Shown: positions 46,801 through 61,800, counted from the first letter of the stretch. The stretch is DNA of 64,000 nucleotides from Curvularia clavata (GCA_023920165.1 CP089275.1:992001-1056000); one strand, 5' to 3'. The notes: generated by a model from the letters alone, not told the origin. Numbers and translations: made by a program.

Positions 46801-49800
46801 GCGTTGAAAGTATGCTCTTCGGAATTTTCTAACCTTTTCCCTAGGTATCCAGTCGGCATCAACATTGAAGTCGGTGACGAGAGTGCAGCCATTGATCTCG
46901 ATTATTGGACGGACCATCTTACTACGGCTCAAGCCACGAATGTCGCCAACACATTTATTCGGGCCCTGGAGAATATTGTGTTCAACTCCAAGCGACGAAT
47001 TTCCACTCTGGATCACATCAGCGCGCATCATTTACAACAGATCAATGGTTGGAATGTGATGCCAGCAACCATCAACGAATGTGTTCACGACAGGTTTTCG
47101 CAGTGGGCTACGCGCCAACCTGACGCTCCGGCAATATGTGGACACGATGGTGAATACACATACGCAGAGCTGGAAGCAGTGACCGATCGGCTTGCACATT
47201 ATCTAGTTGGGCTGGGTGTCCAGCCTGAAACGTTCGTTCCCACATGCTTCGACAAAAGTGTGTTTGCCGTCGTTTCCATGCTATCCGTTCTGAAAGCAGG
47301 TGGTGCCGCGGTTCCACTTGACGCTGCACATCCCACGTCTGCACTTCAAACGCGTCTTGAGGACGCTAGCGCAAACCTTGTGTTGACCACAGCCGTACGT
47401 GTACACAAATTCGAAGGGCTTGTAGACAACGTGATAGTAGTAGACGATTCACTGTTGCAAAGCTTACCATCAGTACATGGCCCGGCCTGCACAAGCATAC
47501 AACCACACCATCCTGTGTTTGTCATTTTCACGAGTGGGAGTACTGGAAGACCAAAGGGCGTCGTCCTTGAACATTCAGCTATCGTTACCAGTGCGGAAGC
47601 TCACGGATCGAAGATTGGACTTGATCAGAACTCGCGAATGCTGCAGTTTGCCTCCTATACGTTTGACAATTCCCTAGAGGAGATGTTTACTACCCTCCAG
47701 AGGGGAGGTTGTGTGTGCGTTCCCTCTGAGGCTGACCGCGTCAACGACATTCCTGGAGCTATCAGTAAGCTGAATGTCAACATCGTGGATCTCACGCCCA
47801 CAGTGGCATCACTACTGATGCCTGAGGAGGTTCCTACACTCAAACGCTTATGCCTTGGCGCAGAACCATTGACTAAAGCGTTGATTGACCTGTGGAGTCA
47901 GCACATCTCTGTTATCGGACAGTACGGACCCAGCGAAGCTTCCATCAACTCGGCATTCAAGGATTTCAGTGATGGCCAAGGTGAAGCCACCAACATCGGC
48001 AAAGCTGTCGGCTGCGTTACATGGGTTGTTGACCCTGAAAATCGGGATCGTTTGATGCCGATTGGGTGTAAAGGAGAGCTACTTCTTGAGGGTCCCATCC
48101 TCAGCCGTGGATATCTTAACGATCCTGAGAAGACACAGGCTGCGTTCATCAACGACCCCGAGTGGGCTCGCGCTACAGGGCGAACTGGACGTCGCTTCTA
48201 CTGTACCGGAGATTTAGTCCAATATACTTCCGACGGTGAGATGATGTATTTGGGCCGAAAAGACTCGCAAGTCAAACTCCACGGACAGCGCATCGAGTTG
48301 GGCGAGATCGAACACCACCTTAAACTCAACCTCCCTGCCGGAGCCAAGTCAGCGGTAGAACTGGTCAAATTCAACGACAGCAACGGTACCAAAGCGCTGG
48401 TTGCATTCCTGTGTCTATCCGAAGTCGAAGAAATGCCAGCCATCGGTGATATGAATGAGTCGTTGCGAGCCGTGGCAAAGAACGTCGAAATGGCGCTTGC
48501 CAATGCGCTTCCCGTCTACTATGTACCCTCAGTCTTCATGCCAGTCACACGCATGCCCATGACCACATCGGGAAAACTCGACCGGAAAGTGCTACGGGCC
48601 CTCGCGGCGGCGGTCCCAGAGTCGCAACTCACGTCCTTCCGCCTGGCAGGAAAGAGCGGTCGAGCACCCCAGGGACATGTAGAAGTGGCGTTGGCGAATG
48701 CCTGGGCTTCAGTGCTGAAGCTTAGCGGTGGTGCAAGTGCGATTGGCGCTGAAGACTCCTTTTTTCGCCTGGGTGGAGACTCAATCACCGCCATGAAGCT
48801 AGTAACCGCAGCGAAAAAGGACGGAATCCTGCTGAATGTGGCTAATGTTTTCTCGCATCCGAAACTGATCGACTTGGCGGCGACCGCCGTCGTGTCGTCA
48901 TCAGAGGAGATTGTCATCAACGATGCGTACCCATTTGAGATGATTTCTGCAGCCAGTCGCCCCAAGCTCTCGGAACTCGCAGCTTCAGAATGCGGAGTTC
49001 CATTGAATGCGATCGAAGACATCTATCCTTGCAGCAAGCTCCAGGAAGGTCTCATCATGTTGACCAATAAGGATCCTGGTACATACGTAGTTCAGCCCAT
49101 CTACAGTCTGCCATCCGACATCGACCTTGCCCGATTCAAAGCCGCCTGGAAAGCTATCTTTGCTGCTGAATCCATACTTCGTACTCGTATCGTATACTCC
49201 GAACAATATGGCTTTGTCCAGGTCGTTCTGCGGGAAGAACTTCCCTGGTTCTCCCTTCCCGACATTCAGCACATCAACGAAAGTACCAGAATGCTTCCTG
49301 CTAAGAACGGTGCACCCCTGACCACGTTCACGCTTGTAGGAGAGAATACTGCGAGACCTATGTTCGTTTGGACGGCTCACCACGCCCTGTACGATGGTTG
49401 GAGCTGGGCATCTCTGTTTCGCAAAGTTGAGATGCACTATCGCAATGACGTGCAAGACATCCCACCCACTGTACCCTACTCACGCTTCGTCAAATACCTT
49501 CGTTCCTTGGACCAGAAGAAGTCTGACGAGTTCTGGCTCTCGCAGCTTGACAATGTTACGGTGGCTCAATTTCCGCAGCTTCCATCCCCTGACCATCATG
49601 TGGAAACCAATGGACAGTTGGTTCATCGCGTACAGCTGCAGAAAAATCAAAATCTGGAAGTCACAGTACCTTCGATAATCCGCGCTGCATGGGGCCTTCT
49701 ACTGGCAACTTATTCTGGATCCGACGACGTCGTTTGGATGGAAACCAATAGTGGGAGGGAAGCTGCTGTTCCTGGTATCGAGGCCATCATCGGACCTACC

Positions 49801-52800
49801 ATTACGACTGCACCTGTTCGTTTGAGGCTTAACCGCGGCATGACTGTCCATGAGTATCTGAAAGAAACCCAGACACAATCCTCTATGTCTCTGCCCTATC
49901 AGTTCGCCGGCCTGCAACACATCCGCAAGCTTAACTCAGAGACAGCAGCAGCTTGCGAGTCGCAGAGCTTTCTAGGTATTGAGGCTGCCGAAGACGACGA
50001 TGCGGAAGGTCAACTTTGGCACATGGAGAGTAGCAACACAGTCGGCACGGATTTCCTCAACTACGCCTTTGCTTTTAACTGCAAAGTTGACTCGACAGGT
50101 ATTCGTGTAGAAGCACTTTTTGATGATCGTGTCGTTGAAAAATGGCTCGTCGAGCGCATTGTTCAACAATTCGAGTTTCTGCTGTATCAACTCAACAGCA
50201 ACAGCAATATCGAGACGAAGCTGGACAATGTGGAACTGCTAAATCCTACTGACCAGGATATGATCAGCGCATGGAACAGCCAGCCCGTACGCATCATTCC
50301 TAGATGCATCCACAACGTCATACAAGAAGATCAGTCTCTGTCAAGGCCCATAGCACCTGCGATCGAGGCTTGGGACACTGGAGTCATGAGCTACCAAGAG
50401 CTCGAAGAGAGGTCCACTGCGCTTGCGTACCGGCTGACTGCTTTGGGTGTAAAGCCTAGACAGTTTGTCCCTCTTTGCTTTGACAAGTCTGGTTGGACCA
50501 TCGTTGCTATACTCGCCGTTCTCAAAGCGGGTGCCGCCTTTGTTCCACTGGACTTTGAAGCACCTGTTCTTCGACTTCGAGAGATCGTGGGTGATGTAGG
50601 CGCAGAATTGCTGCTTTGCGCACCTCAGTATGAAGAGCTTTGCGAGTCGATACCTTGCAGGGCTCAGGTGGTGGATCGTGAGACAACTATTTACAAGAAA
50701 CCGCGCTTTCCACCGCTTCCTTTGGCCCACTTCGACGATCCGGCTTACGCATTCTATACGTCTGGATCGACCGGAAAGCCTAAGGGCGCTGTAGTGAACC
50801 ATGTCCATTGGGTCACCAGTTCCACTGCATTTGCCCCTGGCTGGAAGATCACGAACACTTCAAGGGTCCTTCAATTTGCTTCTTATACTTTCGACGCCTG
50901 CTTGATTGAGATATTCACTACCCTCATGAATGGTGGTACCGTTTGTGTCCCTGATCAAGCCGCTCGGACGAACGACCTCGCAGGAGCCATTAATCAGTTC
51001 AATGTGAATTGGGCCGCTCTGACCCCTTCAGTCGTCCGCACGATGAATCCTTCCCAAGTCCCGAAACTAGAAACCCTGTTTTTGGTTGGAGAGGCGATGT
51101 CCCAGCAAGATCTGACCACTTGGGCAAATAAGGTCACCCTCGGCAATGGGTATGGGCCTACTGAATGCGCCTGTGTCGCTACGTGCAACATCATGACCCC
51201 CACCACAAAGCCAAACAATCTCGGAGATGTCGTTACCGCGAGAGGTTGGATTGTGTCACGCAACAACCACAATATGCTTGCGCCCGTCGGAGCTGTTGGC
51301 GAGTTGTTGTTGGAGGGTGGCGCGGTCGGAGCTGGGTATCTCAATAACCCAGAAAAAACAGCTGAAGCGTTCCTCACTGCAGTCAATTGGCCTGCAAGGC
51401 TCTTGGGTACCGAAGGGCAAGTGCCTCTGCGCATATACAAGACTGGAGATCTCGTCAAGTACAACGAAGACGGCACTATGCTCTACCTTGGTCGCAAGGA
51501 CTTCCAGGCCAAGGTTCGGGGGCAACGTTTGGAATTGTCCGAAGTCGAGCACAAGCTCCTCGATGACCATATGGTGCAAAGTGCCCTTGCCTCGGTGCCC
51601 ACAAAGGGTCCTTGTGCCAAACGACTAGTCGCAATCATCTCACTCCAAAACATGCCGGCTACTCGACTGAATGTTGCAGGGCCATTGCAGATTCTTGCTC
51701 CAGAAACCGCTTCAACCAATATCGACAGCATCCGAGACAGTCTTTGTGAGCGCTTGCCAGCATACATGATACCATCTTTGTGGGTAGCCATCAATCGCTT
51801 CCCGTTAATGCCATCCGGGAAATTAGATCGAAGGCGTGCAGTACAGTGGTTGGAGCAAATGGACCAAGCCACCTACAGAGTGATCTCTACCATGGGTGTG
51901 GAGGCTTCTGACACCCAAGGTGGATCTTCTGTTGAACAAAAGCTCCAGGAGATCTTCGCGAAGACACTGAACTTACCTGTGAGCGATGTTCGGCTCAACC
52001 AGTCATTCTTACACCTTGGCGGCGACTCCATCGCGGCTATGCAGGTTTCTTCGCAATGTCGAGCGCAGGGTTTACCCGTCAGCGTGAAAGACATCATTCG
52101 TGCAAAATCCATCACTGCTTTGGCTGCTACAGTCGATCTTTCGCAAAACTCTGAGCCTGCTCCTGAGCTTACGGAATACTCTCTGCCATTTGGTCTTTCC
52201 CCGATCCAGAAGGTGTTTTTCGAAACTGTTGGCGACTCATACAATCATTTCAACCAGGCAGAGGTGTTGCGCCTCTCCCGAAATGTAGAAGAGAATGAAC
52301 TTCGGAATGCGCTGTTAGCCCTGGTCAAGATCCACCCTATGCTTCGTGGGCGCTTTACTAGGAATGAGATTGGAACCTGGAAGCAACGCGTCGAGCAGAA
52401 TGCCGAACGTTCGTTCAGATTGCGACATCATCGCGTGCAGAAAATTGGAGACCCAGCGCTCCAAAGTGCATTCAACGACAGCCAGGCTAGTCTAGACATT
52501 ACCAACGGTCCTACATTCGCCATCGATCTCTTTGAGATTGAGGAGAGTTTCTCTCAGGTTCTGACACTCGTTGCCCACCACCTAATCATCGACATCGTTT
52601 CGTGGGGTATTCTTCTTGAAGACCTCCAAGGGCTATTGAACGGTGTTCAGCCGCTTCCTCAAAGCCTGCCGTATCACACATGGCTGCAACAGCAGTTTCT
52701 GCAAGTCAAACAGGAAAACCTCAGGGCAATCTTCCCCACTGTGGAAATTCCACCAGCAAACCTTGATTACTGGGGCATGGAAGGACAGCCCAACTTCAAT

Positions 52801-55800
52801 GGTGACTGTATTGGTGAAGATGTGCAGCTGTCAACTCGCGACACCATGCTGCTCCTTGGAGCTCAGGATGCCTTGGCCACCGAGATTGTCGATATCTTGG
52901 TAGCTGGACTTTTGGAATCTTTCCGCCACACGTTCCCCGATCGGTCCACGGTGGCAATACACAATGAAGGCCACGGTAGAGAAACATTCAATTCTCGCCA
53001 GGATTTGTCTCGAACAATCGGCTGGTTTTCGACCGCAACACCAATCTATCTTCCTGTACCCGCAAACGAGAACACTGATATCGTCAGCACGATTCAGTGG
53101 GTCAGAGACTTCAGACAGCGAACCCCAGACAAAGGACGACCTTATTTCGCTTATCGTAATCTAACTGAAGCGGGTCAAACACGGCTCGCTAGCCACTGGC
53201 CTGCCGAAGTCTTGTTCAACTATGTCGGAAGGCTGCAACATCAAGATCGCAAAGATGGCATGTTCGCTACCTTGACTGGGTTGGAATCGAAGGATATTGG
53301 AGATCGAGTCCCTCGTCTTGCTCTCTTCGACGTGACCGCTGCCATCTCCAAAGGCGCCATCAAAATATCTTTCGAATGGAACCGTAACATGAATCGACAA
53401 CAAGAGATCCGCAATTGGGTGAAAAACTGTCGACAGACCCTTGTTGATGCTATCGATGAACTTCTGCAAGTTCGCGAAAACCAGAGCCTCAAAGGCTTCC
53501 GAAGCTTACCGCTGCTCTACAATGGCCTTGACAAGATCACGAAGGCTCTACCCGCTGGGTTGACTCTTACTGAAATCGAAGACATCTACCCCACGTCCCC
53601 GATGCAGCAAGGCCTTCTCTTCACGCAATCACGCAATCCGGATCTATACACCTATGAAACCATCTGTCAAGTGAAGTCGACCAATCACAGTGGGGTTGAC
53701 CCTCATCGGCTTGCTGAAGCATGGCAAGTAGTGGTACATCGCCATCAAGCGCTGCGCACCATCTTCATCGACGGTCTTGCTAAAGATGGTTCCAAGGACC
53801 AGATTGTTGTCAAGGAAAAGCCTGGAAGAGTTCAGCTATTCGCTGGCTGCGAGGACAATCGTGTGACGAGTATGCTTCGCGAGCAATCCCTGATTGATTG
53901 CCGCGAAGCGGCGCCACCACATAGAATGACAATCTCAACGACAAAATCTGGAAAGGTGTGGATCAAGCTTGAGATCAGCCATGTGATCAATGACGGCACT
54001 TCAGTCTCCAACATGTTGGCTGACCTCGCACATGCCTATGCTGGGAAACTCTCGCGCGCAGATGCTGGACCACTTTATTCCGATTACATTGAACATGTTC
54101 TCTCCATGCCGCGAGATGCTGATCTGGCCTACTGGAAGACGTACCTTGCAGGAATGGAGCCCTGCTTCTTTCCAACTTTGAACGATGGTCAACCACTTGA
54201 AAGCAAGCCTGCTTCGGTCGTTGTTGAGCTACGTAACATGGACCCGATTCAAGCGTTCTGCAAAAAGAATGGAGTTACTCTCTCCAATGTTCTCCAACTA
54301 ACTTGGGCTTTGACACTGCACTGCTACGTCGGAGCTTCAGACGTATCTTTCGGCCTGGTTGCATCAGGTCGTGATATACCCGTGGCCAACATTGGTTCTG
54401 CCGTGGGATGCTTCATTACCATGCTTTGCGCCCGCTTGGTATTTTCAGATAACACAACCATTGCCGAATTGCTCGAATCCCTTCAGACAAGCTCAACCGA
54501 GGCGCTTTCCCATCAAAACTGTTCCCTCGCTGATGTCCAGCACGAGTTGCAGCTCCCATCTCTCTTCAACACCGCATTCACATTCCAACGCCGAAGCCTC
54601 TCTCGTGATCCCGATCAAATGGCTCTCGTATACGAGGACATGGAAGCTGATGATGCAGGAGAGTACATCGTCACTGTCAACGCAGATGTTCTGGATGACA
54701 GCATCACTGTGGACTTTGGTTACTCGCAAGACAAGATTATTCCTGCCCAAGCGCAGAACATGGCGGACACGTATGAGAAGATATTGCACGTCATTTTGGG
54801 CAACGCTGCCAGCCAGCTTACCGTTGGTAATGTGGATGCATCGACGGAAGGCAGCCTTCGCCAGATTTTGGGATGGAACTCGGAACTTCCTCCTCCTATC
54901 AATCGATGTGTGCACAGGGTCATTCACGATCAAGCTCTCACACGACCCCGCATGACGAAGGCAGTTGAGGGATGGGACGGCTCTTTCACATATCAAGAGT
55001 TTGACAGAGTTACCGACCAGTTGGCAGCTCATCTTCAGTCCATTGGCGTCACAACCGAGACCTTCGTTCCGATCCTGTTCGAGAAGTCGTCATGGGCAAT
55101 TGTCAGCATGATCGCCATCATGAAAGCTGGAGGCGCCTACGTTCCCCTCGATCCCAAGCATCCACAGTCACGACTTCTTGAGCTTATCGGTGACGTTGGT
55201 GCGGAGGTGGTCTTATGCTCCCGTCTGTATCAAGCTACAGCGGCTAAGGTGGCCAAGACTCCCCTTCTAGTGGACCAGCGGTCAATTCGGAAGCTCGCGA
55301 TGCCTGCCACGGGTGAGCTAAGGGCTGCTTCAACTCCAGACAATGCCGCCTACTGCTTGTTCACTTCCGGAACAACTGGAAAGCCGAAGGGAACTATCAT
55401 TTCTCATCGAGCGTTTTGCACCAGTGCGGCTGCCTTCACGCGTCGTATGAACATTAACGCTACGTCACGTACTTTCCAGTTCGCCTCGTATACATTTGAC
55501 GCCAGCTGTATCGAAATCCTTTCTGCACTAACAGTTGGTGCAACGGTGTGTGTGCCTTCGGAAGATGACAGGATGAACAATTTGCCTGGAGCAATCAGAA
55601 AGTTGAAAGCAAACTGGTCGCTGTTGACTCCTTCAGTTCTTGGTACCGTCGATCCAGAGCGTGTTCCTTCCTTGAAGACTCTGGTGTCGGGAGGAGAGGC
55701 TCTCCCTGGACATATTCTCAAGAAATGGGGTAGTAGCACGTACTTCATCAACGGTAGGTACCCGGAAATCTATTAACAAGATTCACTTAATGACGTGGTA

Positions 55801-58800
55801 TTTAGCATATGGACCTACGGAATGTTCGGTTGTGGCAGCTACTGCCTACAAGTCTACGCTAGACCACAAACTTCTCCCATCGGAGCCTGCCACCATTGGT
55901 ACGGGAAGTGGATGTCGATTGTGGATCGTTCACCCGCGCAACCATGACAAGCTTATGCCTGTAGGCTCTGTAGGCGAATTAGTCATCGAGGGGCCTACTG
56001 TTGCTCGCGGGTATCTTAACGAGGAAGAAAAGACTAGGAAGGCTTTCATCACCAATCCTGGATGGGCAGCAACCATTGCTGCGCAACATGGCGCATTCGA
56101 GACTGTTCGCATGTACAAGACCGGCGACTTGGTCCGCTACAATAGCGATGGCTCCGTGAGTTATATTGGACGTAAAGACACGCAAATCAAGCTCAATGGG
56201 CAGCGCGTTGAGTTGGGCGAGATCGAGTATCACGTGAGCCAGAAACTTCCGGACAATGTGCAATCAGCAGTTGAGTTGATTGCACCAAACAAAGGCTCTA
56301 TCAAGGCGTTAGCTGTGTTCTTTGCAGTTGTGCAGCCTACTCCCATCGACGAGGACCAACATGCACAAGCAACGGTGGGCATTGCATCATCCAACGATTT
56401 GCTCCTTCCTCTGGATGACCAGCTCCGCGATATATGCAAAAATGCAGAAAACGGACTCGCTGGTGCATTGCCATCCTACATGATACCTTCCATCTTCATT
56501 CCCGTGAAGAAGATGCCGTGGACATCGGCTGGAAAGTTGGACCGCAACTGTCTACGAGCCTCTATCCAGGATCTCAGTCGGCAAGAACTGGCGATGTATC
56601 GACTCAGCAGCATGGCAACCAAGAAGCAGCCCACCACCGACGCAGAAAAGAAAATTCACAAAGCTGTCTGCTCAGTGCTCAACCTTCCCCCGTCCTCTGT
56701 CGGTATCGATGACAGCTTTGTTGTAAGTGCACACTTTTCCAAAATACTTGTTGAACATTACTAATTAACGATAGCGTCTTGGTGGGGATTCTATCTCTTC
56801 TATGCGTCTCATCACCATGGTGCAGGCTGAACAAATGCAACTATCCTTCGTTGATATCTTCAAATCTCCTAAGCTCTCCGATCTAGCCAAGATCGCCTCG
56901 CCAAACAGCACTACTAGCCAAGTAGAAAAGGTCATACAGCCATTCGAGCTTCTCCACGCTCCTCTCAAAGCAACGGATGTTATTGCTCAGGTTACACAGC
57001 AGTGTCGATTGTCTGAATCAGAAATTCAGGATGTGTATCCGACAAGCCCGCTGCAGGATGCCCTCATCACGCTCACCATCAAGCAACCAGGCGCATATGT
57101 TGGGCAACATGTTTTCGCGCTGCCACAGTCTGTGGACTTGGCCAAGTTCAAGGCATCATGGGAGCAGGCTATCAGAGACATTGATATTCTTCGTACTCGT
57201 ATCATGCAGCTTCCATCCGGGACATTCATGCAGGCTGTACTGAAAGAGGACAAGGTCGACTGGAAGAGCGCCGCTTCACTTCAGGATGCCCAGGCCGAAG
57301 TTTTCAGGACCCCATCACAGATTGGAGGACGCCTGGCAGCCTACACGATTGTCGCAGCCGATTCCAGCCAGCGGTACTTTGTATGGACATTGCACCATGC
57401 TCTTTATGACGGTTGGGGAATTCATTTGATGATACAACGCGTACAGCAAATTTATGCGAAGGGCGCATCCAACATGCCGCAGAGCCCTTACGTTCAATTC
57501 ATCAAATACTTATCCAACGTCGACGACAGCATTTCAAAGGCATATTGGAAAACAAATTTGAGTGGGACAGACGCCTACCAGTTTCCTAGACCGCCATCGA
57601 CCAAGTCAAAGAACACACCAAATGGGCAGACACTGCAACATCGAATGAAGCTCGCCCCCCACAAACATGTCGACGTCACCCCGACCAACGTTCTTCGAGC
57701 TGCTTGGGCTTTGGTACTTGCCGCATACACGAACTGCAATGATGTGGTCTTCGGGGAAACCCTTACAGGTCGAGACGTTGCTGTGAATGGCATCATGGAC
57801 ACCTGTGGACCAGTCTTAACAACCATTCCAACTCGAATAATGATCAACAGAGAAGCAAGCGTTCGTGAACTCCTTCTTGCAATAGCCTCCAACGCCACCG
57901 AGCGGGTACCTCATCAACACTACGGCATTTCTGCTATCAAGGCAATTGGTGACGACGTTGCAGCTGCATGCCAATTTCAGAACCTTCTCGTTGCTCAAAC
58001 TGACCAAGAGGCACTGAACGACTCAATGTGGTCACCCCACGACAATGGTAACCAAAGCAATTTCTTCACTTACCCTTTGGTTGTCGAATGCAAGATTGGA
58101 AAGTCCAGTACCGAGGTTTTCTGGCATTTCGATGCGGACGTCATATCTCCTTGGCACGTCCAGCAACTCGCCTACCAGTTTGAGTCCGTGTTGAACCAAC
58201 TCCAAAACGCGACTCGAGTCAGTGAAGTCAGTGTTTTCAGCGAACAAGACAAACAACTCATCGGAAAATGGAATGCTCGCAAACCAGACCTCGTCGATGA
58301 AACTATACCGGCCTTATTTTACAAGCAGGTTGCTGCTCAACCCGATGCAATCGCAGTTTCGGCATTCGATGGTGAGCTCACGTACGCTGAACTCGCTAAA
58401 CATGCAACGAATTTGGCACATGAACTTGTGGGTCTCGGTGTTGGTCCTGAAACCCTCGTTTTGATATGTCTGGATAAATCTCTTTGGACAATTGTTGCCA
58501 TGTTGAGTATCCTTATGGCAGGCGGCGCCTACGTACCTTTGTCACCAGAACATCCTGCCTCACGGCACAAGCAGATCATGGAAACTTGCAAGTCTTCCAT
58601 CATACTTTGTTCGTTGCCTTACAGATCGCGTTTCGAAAGTCTGGTACAACACGTTCTCAGTATCAACGAGGACAACATACGTCAACTACCCACCTGGAAA
58701 GAACCACTTCCGCACCATATCAAGAGTAGCAACGCCTGCTATGTTCTCTTTACCTCAGGAAGTACGGGAGTGCCCAAGGGTGCGGTCGTAGAGCACAAGA

Positions 58801-61800
58801 ATGTGACTTCGAATGCGATGGCGATTAGCGAAGCAGCTCACATGAGTTCTTCTTCGCGAGTGATGCAATTTGGTGCATTGGTTTTCGATATCTCTGTACT
58901 TGAGATCTTCATCACCCTCATCATTGGAGCCACCGTGTGCGTCCCGTCCGACGAGCAACGCACTACCAATCTTGCGTTGTCATTGAATTCATTGAAGGCC
59001 GATTGGGCCTTTGTCACTCCATCGGTAGCCAGCACGCTTGATGGCCCCCAGTCTGTCCCTACTTTGAAAACCTTGACTGTTGGAGGTGAGGCAATCACTT
59101 CTGAAGTCATCAACAAGTGGGGACATGGAATCCAGTTGATGAATGTTTACGGGCCGACCGAGTGTTGCATTTTCGCTCTCACGAATGACAAGGTCCCGGA
59201 ACAACGCTCCACTACGAACATTGGAAATGTGCTAAAGAGTGGACGCGGATGGCTGACAAACCCTGATAATCCCCACCAGCTTGCGCCTGTTGGTGCGACA
59301 GCCGAGCTGTGCTTGGAAGGGTCATTTGTTGTACGAGAGTATTTGAACGATCCTACAAAAACAGCGGAGGCATTCATTGTAGACCCCGAATTTCTCAAGG
59401 GCTTCTCTCCAGCCGGCGAAAACCGAATCTATCGCACAGGAGATCTTGTGCAATATGATCCCGATGGCTCCATCCATTACAAGGGACGGAGAGACCACCA
59501 GATTAAGCTTGCTGGGCAGCGCATGGAGCTCGGCGAGGTTGAACACAATCTACAATCTGATGACATCGTCCACCAGGTTGCGGTACAGCTGCCGAAAAAT
59601 GGCCCATGTGCCAAGAAGCTTACCGCCGTTGTCAGCTTCACTGCCAGTACTCGAACCGATGCCAGTGCTGAGTGGAATACGCCACTGTTGGATGCAGAGA
59701 GTCTTTCACTGCTGAATCGCGCAAGAGAAACGCTAATGGATCGGGTTCCTCCATACATGGTTCCCATTATCTGGATAGCCGTGCCTCGAATACCGTCACT
59801 TGTATCTACCAAACTTGACAAGAAGCAGGTCGGATCCTGGCTGGAGAGTCTAGACGATGCAACGTACCAGAAGATCATGCAAACGGACGTAAGTGGAGAC
59901 ACGGCTGGAGAAATGAGTGATATTGTTGTTATGCTTCGAGAAATCTGGGCGAAAGCGCTGAATGTGCCAATTGAGAAGGTCCAGCCAAACCGATCGTGGC
60001 TTTGTAAGTGCCTCAAGTGCAGGAATACTGCATTTTATATCGCTAACTGAGACCAGCACTGGGTGGCGACTCCATCGACGCTATGAAACTGCTTGCAAGA
60101 TGCAGAAGTCAAGGCATCAATCTTACCTTGAACCAAGTGCTTGGTGCGAAGTCGCTTGCACACCTTGCTGAGAGGGTCACGTTCTCGGCCACCACAGACC
60201 ACAGCGAGGAGCGACTGGATCAACCTTTCCAGTTGGGACCTATTCAGCGGTTTTATTTTGATACACAGACCACAGAGCCCAATGCTCACTTCAATCAGTC
60301 CTCAACACTACTTCTAACTTCATACGTAGAGCATGAAGCTGTGAAGGGCGCCCTCGACGCTGTTGTTGGATGCCATGGTATGCTCCGCGCTCGGTACTCA
60401 AAGAATTCCGCAGGAGAGTGGCAGCAGCATATCCGCCCCACTGACAAATCCTACGCATTTGAAGTCCACGAAGTCTCTACTGCTTCGTCGGCTATCTCAC
60501 TTGTGGCCAATACCCAGAAAAGTCTCGATATCCAGCAAGGACCGGTTTTCGCTGCCAACATGCTTTTCATCAAAAACAAACAGATACTCTTTTTGGCAGC
60601 TCATCATCTTGTTGTCGATCTTGTAAGTTGGGGGATAATCATACAAGATCTGGAGGACGTTTTAGGATCGATTCATTCAACTCCAACCCTACAAAAAGGA
60701 ATTTCCTTCCAGAATTGGTGCGAGAAGCAAAACGCACATGCGCTGGAGCCCAGCGAACAATCGGCTGTACGAAAGCAACCTATCTCAGTACAGCCAGCAA
60801 ATGTCTCATTTTGGGGCATGGACAAGCGACCTAATCTGTACGGGGATGTCGAAAGAGACGATTTTACTATCTCCAAAGATGTCACTGCTGTTATCAACGG
60901 CCATCATCATGTCTTCAGAACAGAGCTTGTGGACATCTTCCTTTCAGCCATCATACATTCGTTCTCGCGCGTTTTCATCAATCGCAAAACACCAACAGTG
61001 TTCAATGAGTCTCATGGTCGACAAGTCTGGGAATCAAGCAACATTGACCTCTCTCGCACTGTGGGATGGTTTACTACGATGTACCCAGTCACCATCTCTA
61101 TCGGTGATGATGAAGATGAAGTTCTTCACACTATCCGCCAAGTCAAGGATACTCGTGGAAAGATCGCCGATAGTGGAAGGCCATATTTTGCCCATCGCTT
61201 CCTTACAGAACACGGAAAGGAAGAGTTCGCACACCATGCGCCTGTGGAAGTCCTTTTCAACTACCTCGGTCAGCAAGGAAAGTCCGGCAAAGGAAAGTCA
61301 TTGCTAAAACCTACCCAACTTGAGGGAGATGATGACGAGGAGACTGCCGATGTCGGCAAGAAGACCATTCGCATGGCGCTTTTCGAAATTTCGGCAGTAG
61401 TTACTGATGATCAGATTCAGTTCAGCTTCTTGTACAACCGTCACTCGAAGAACCAAAAAGGCATTCGCAGGTGGATTGCTGAATGCCAGCGCACTCTGGA
61501 GGAGATTGCCACTGAACTAGCTGAGCTCAACAAACCTCAGCCTACAATGGCGGATCTGCCTCTTCTGCCCCTAGAGTCATACAGTCGCCTTGACCGTGTA
61601 CTCAAATCCCTACCAAGTGTTGGTATCTCGTCATTCGACCTGGTCGAAAACATCTATCCCTGTTCGCCAATCCAAGAGGGAATGATTCTCAGCCAGATCA
61701 AAGCTCCTGAATCATACTGGTCTTCAACAGTCTTCGAGGTCAAGTCGCAGCGCGGACCAGTCGATGCGAAAAAGCTAGTCAATGGCTGGAGGCAGGTTGT

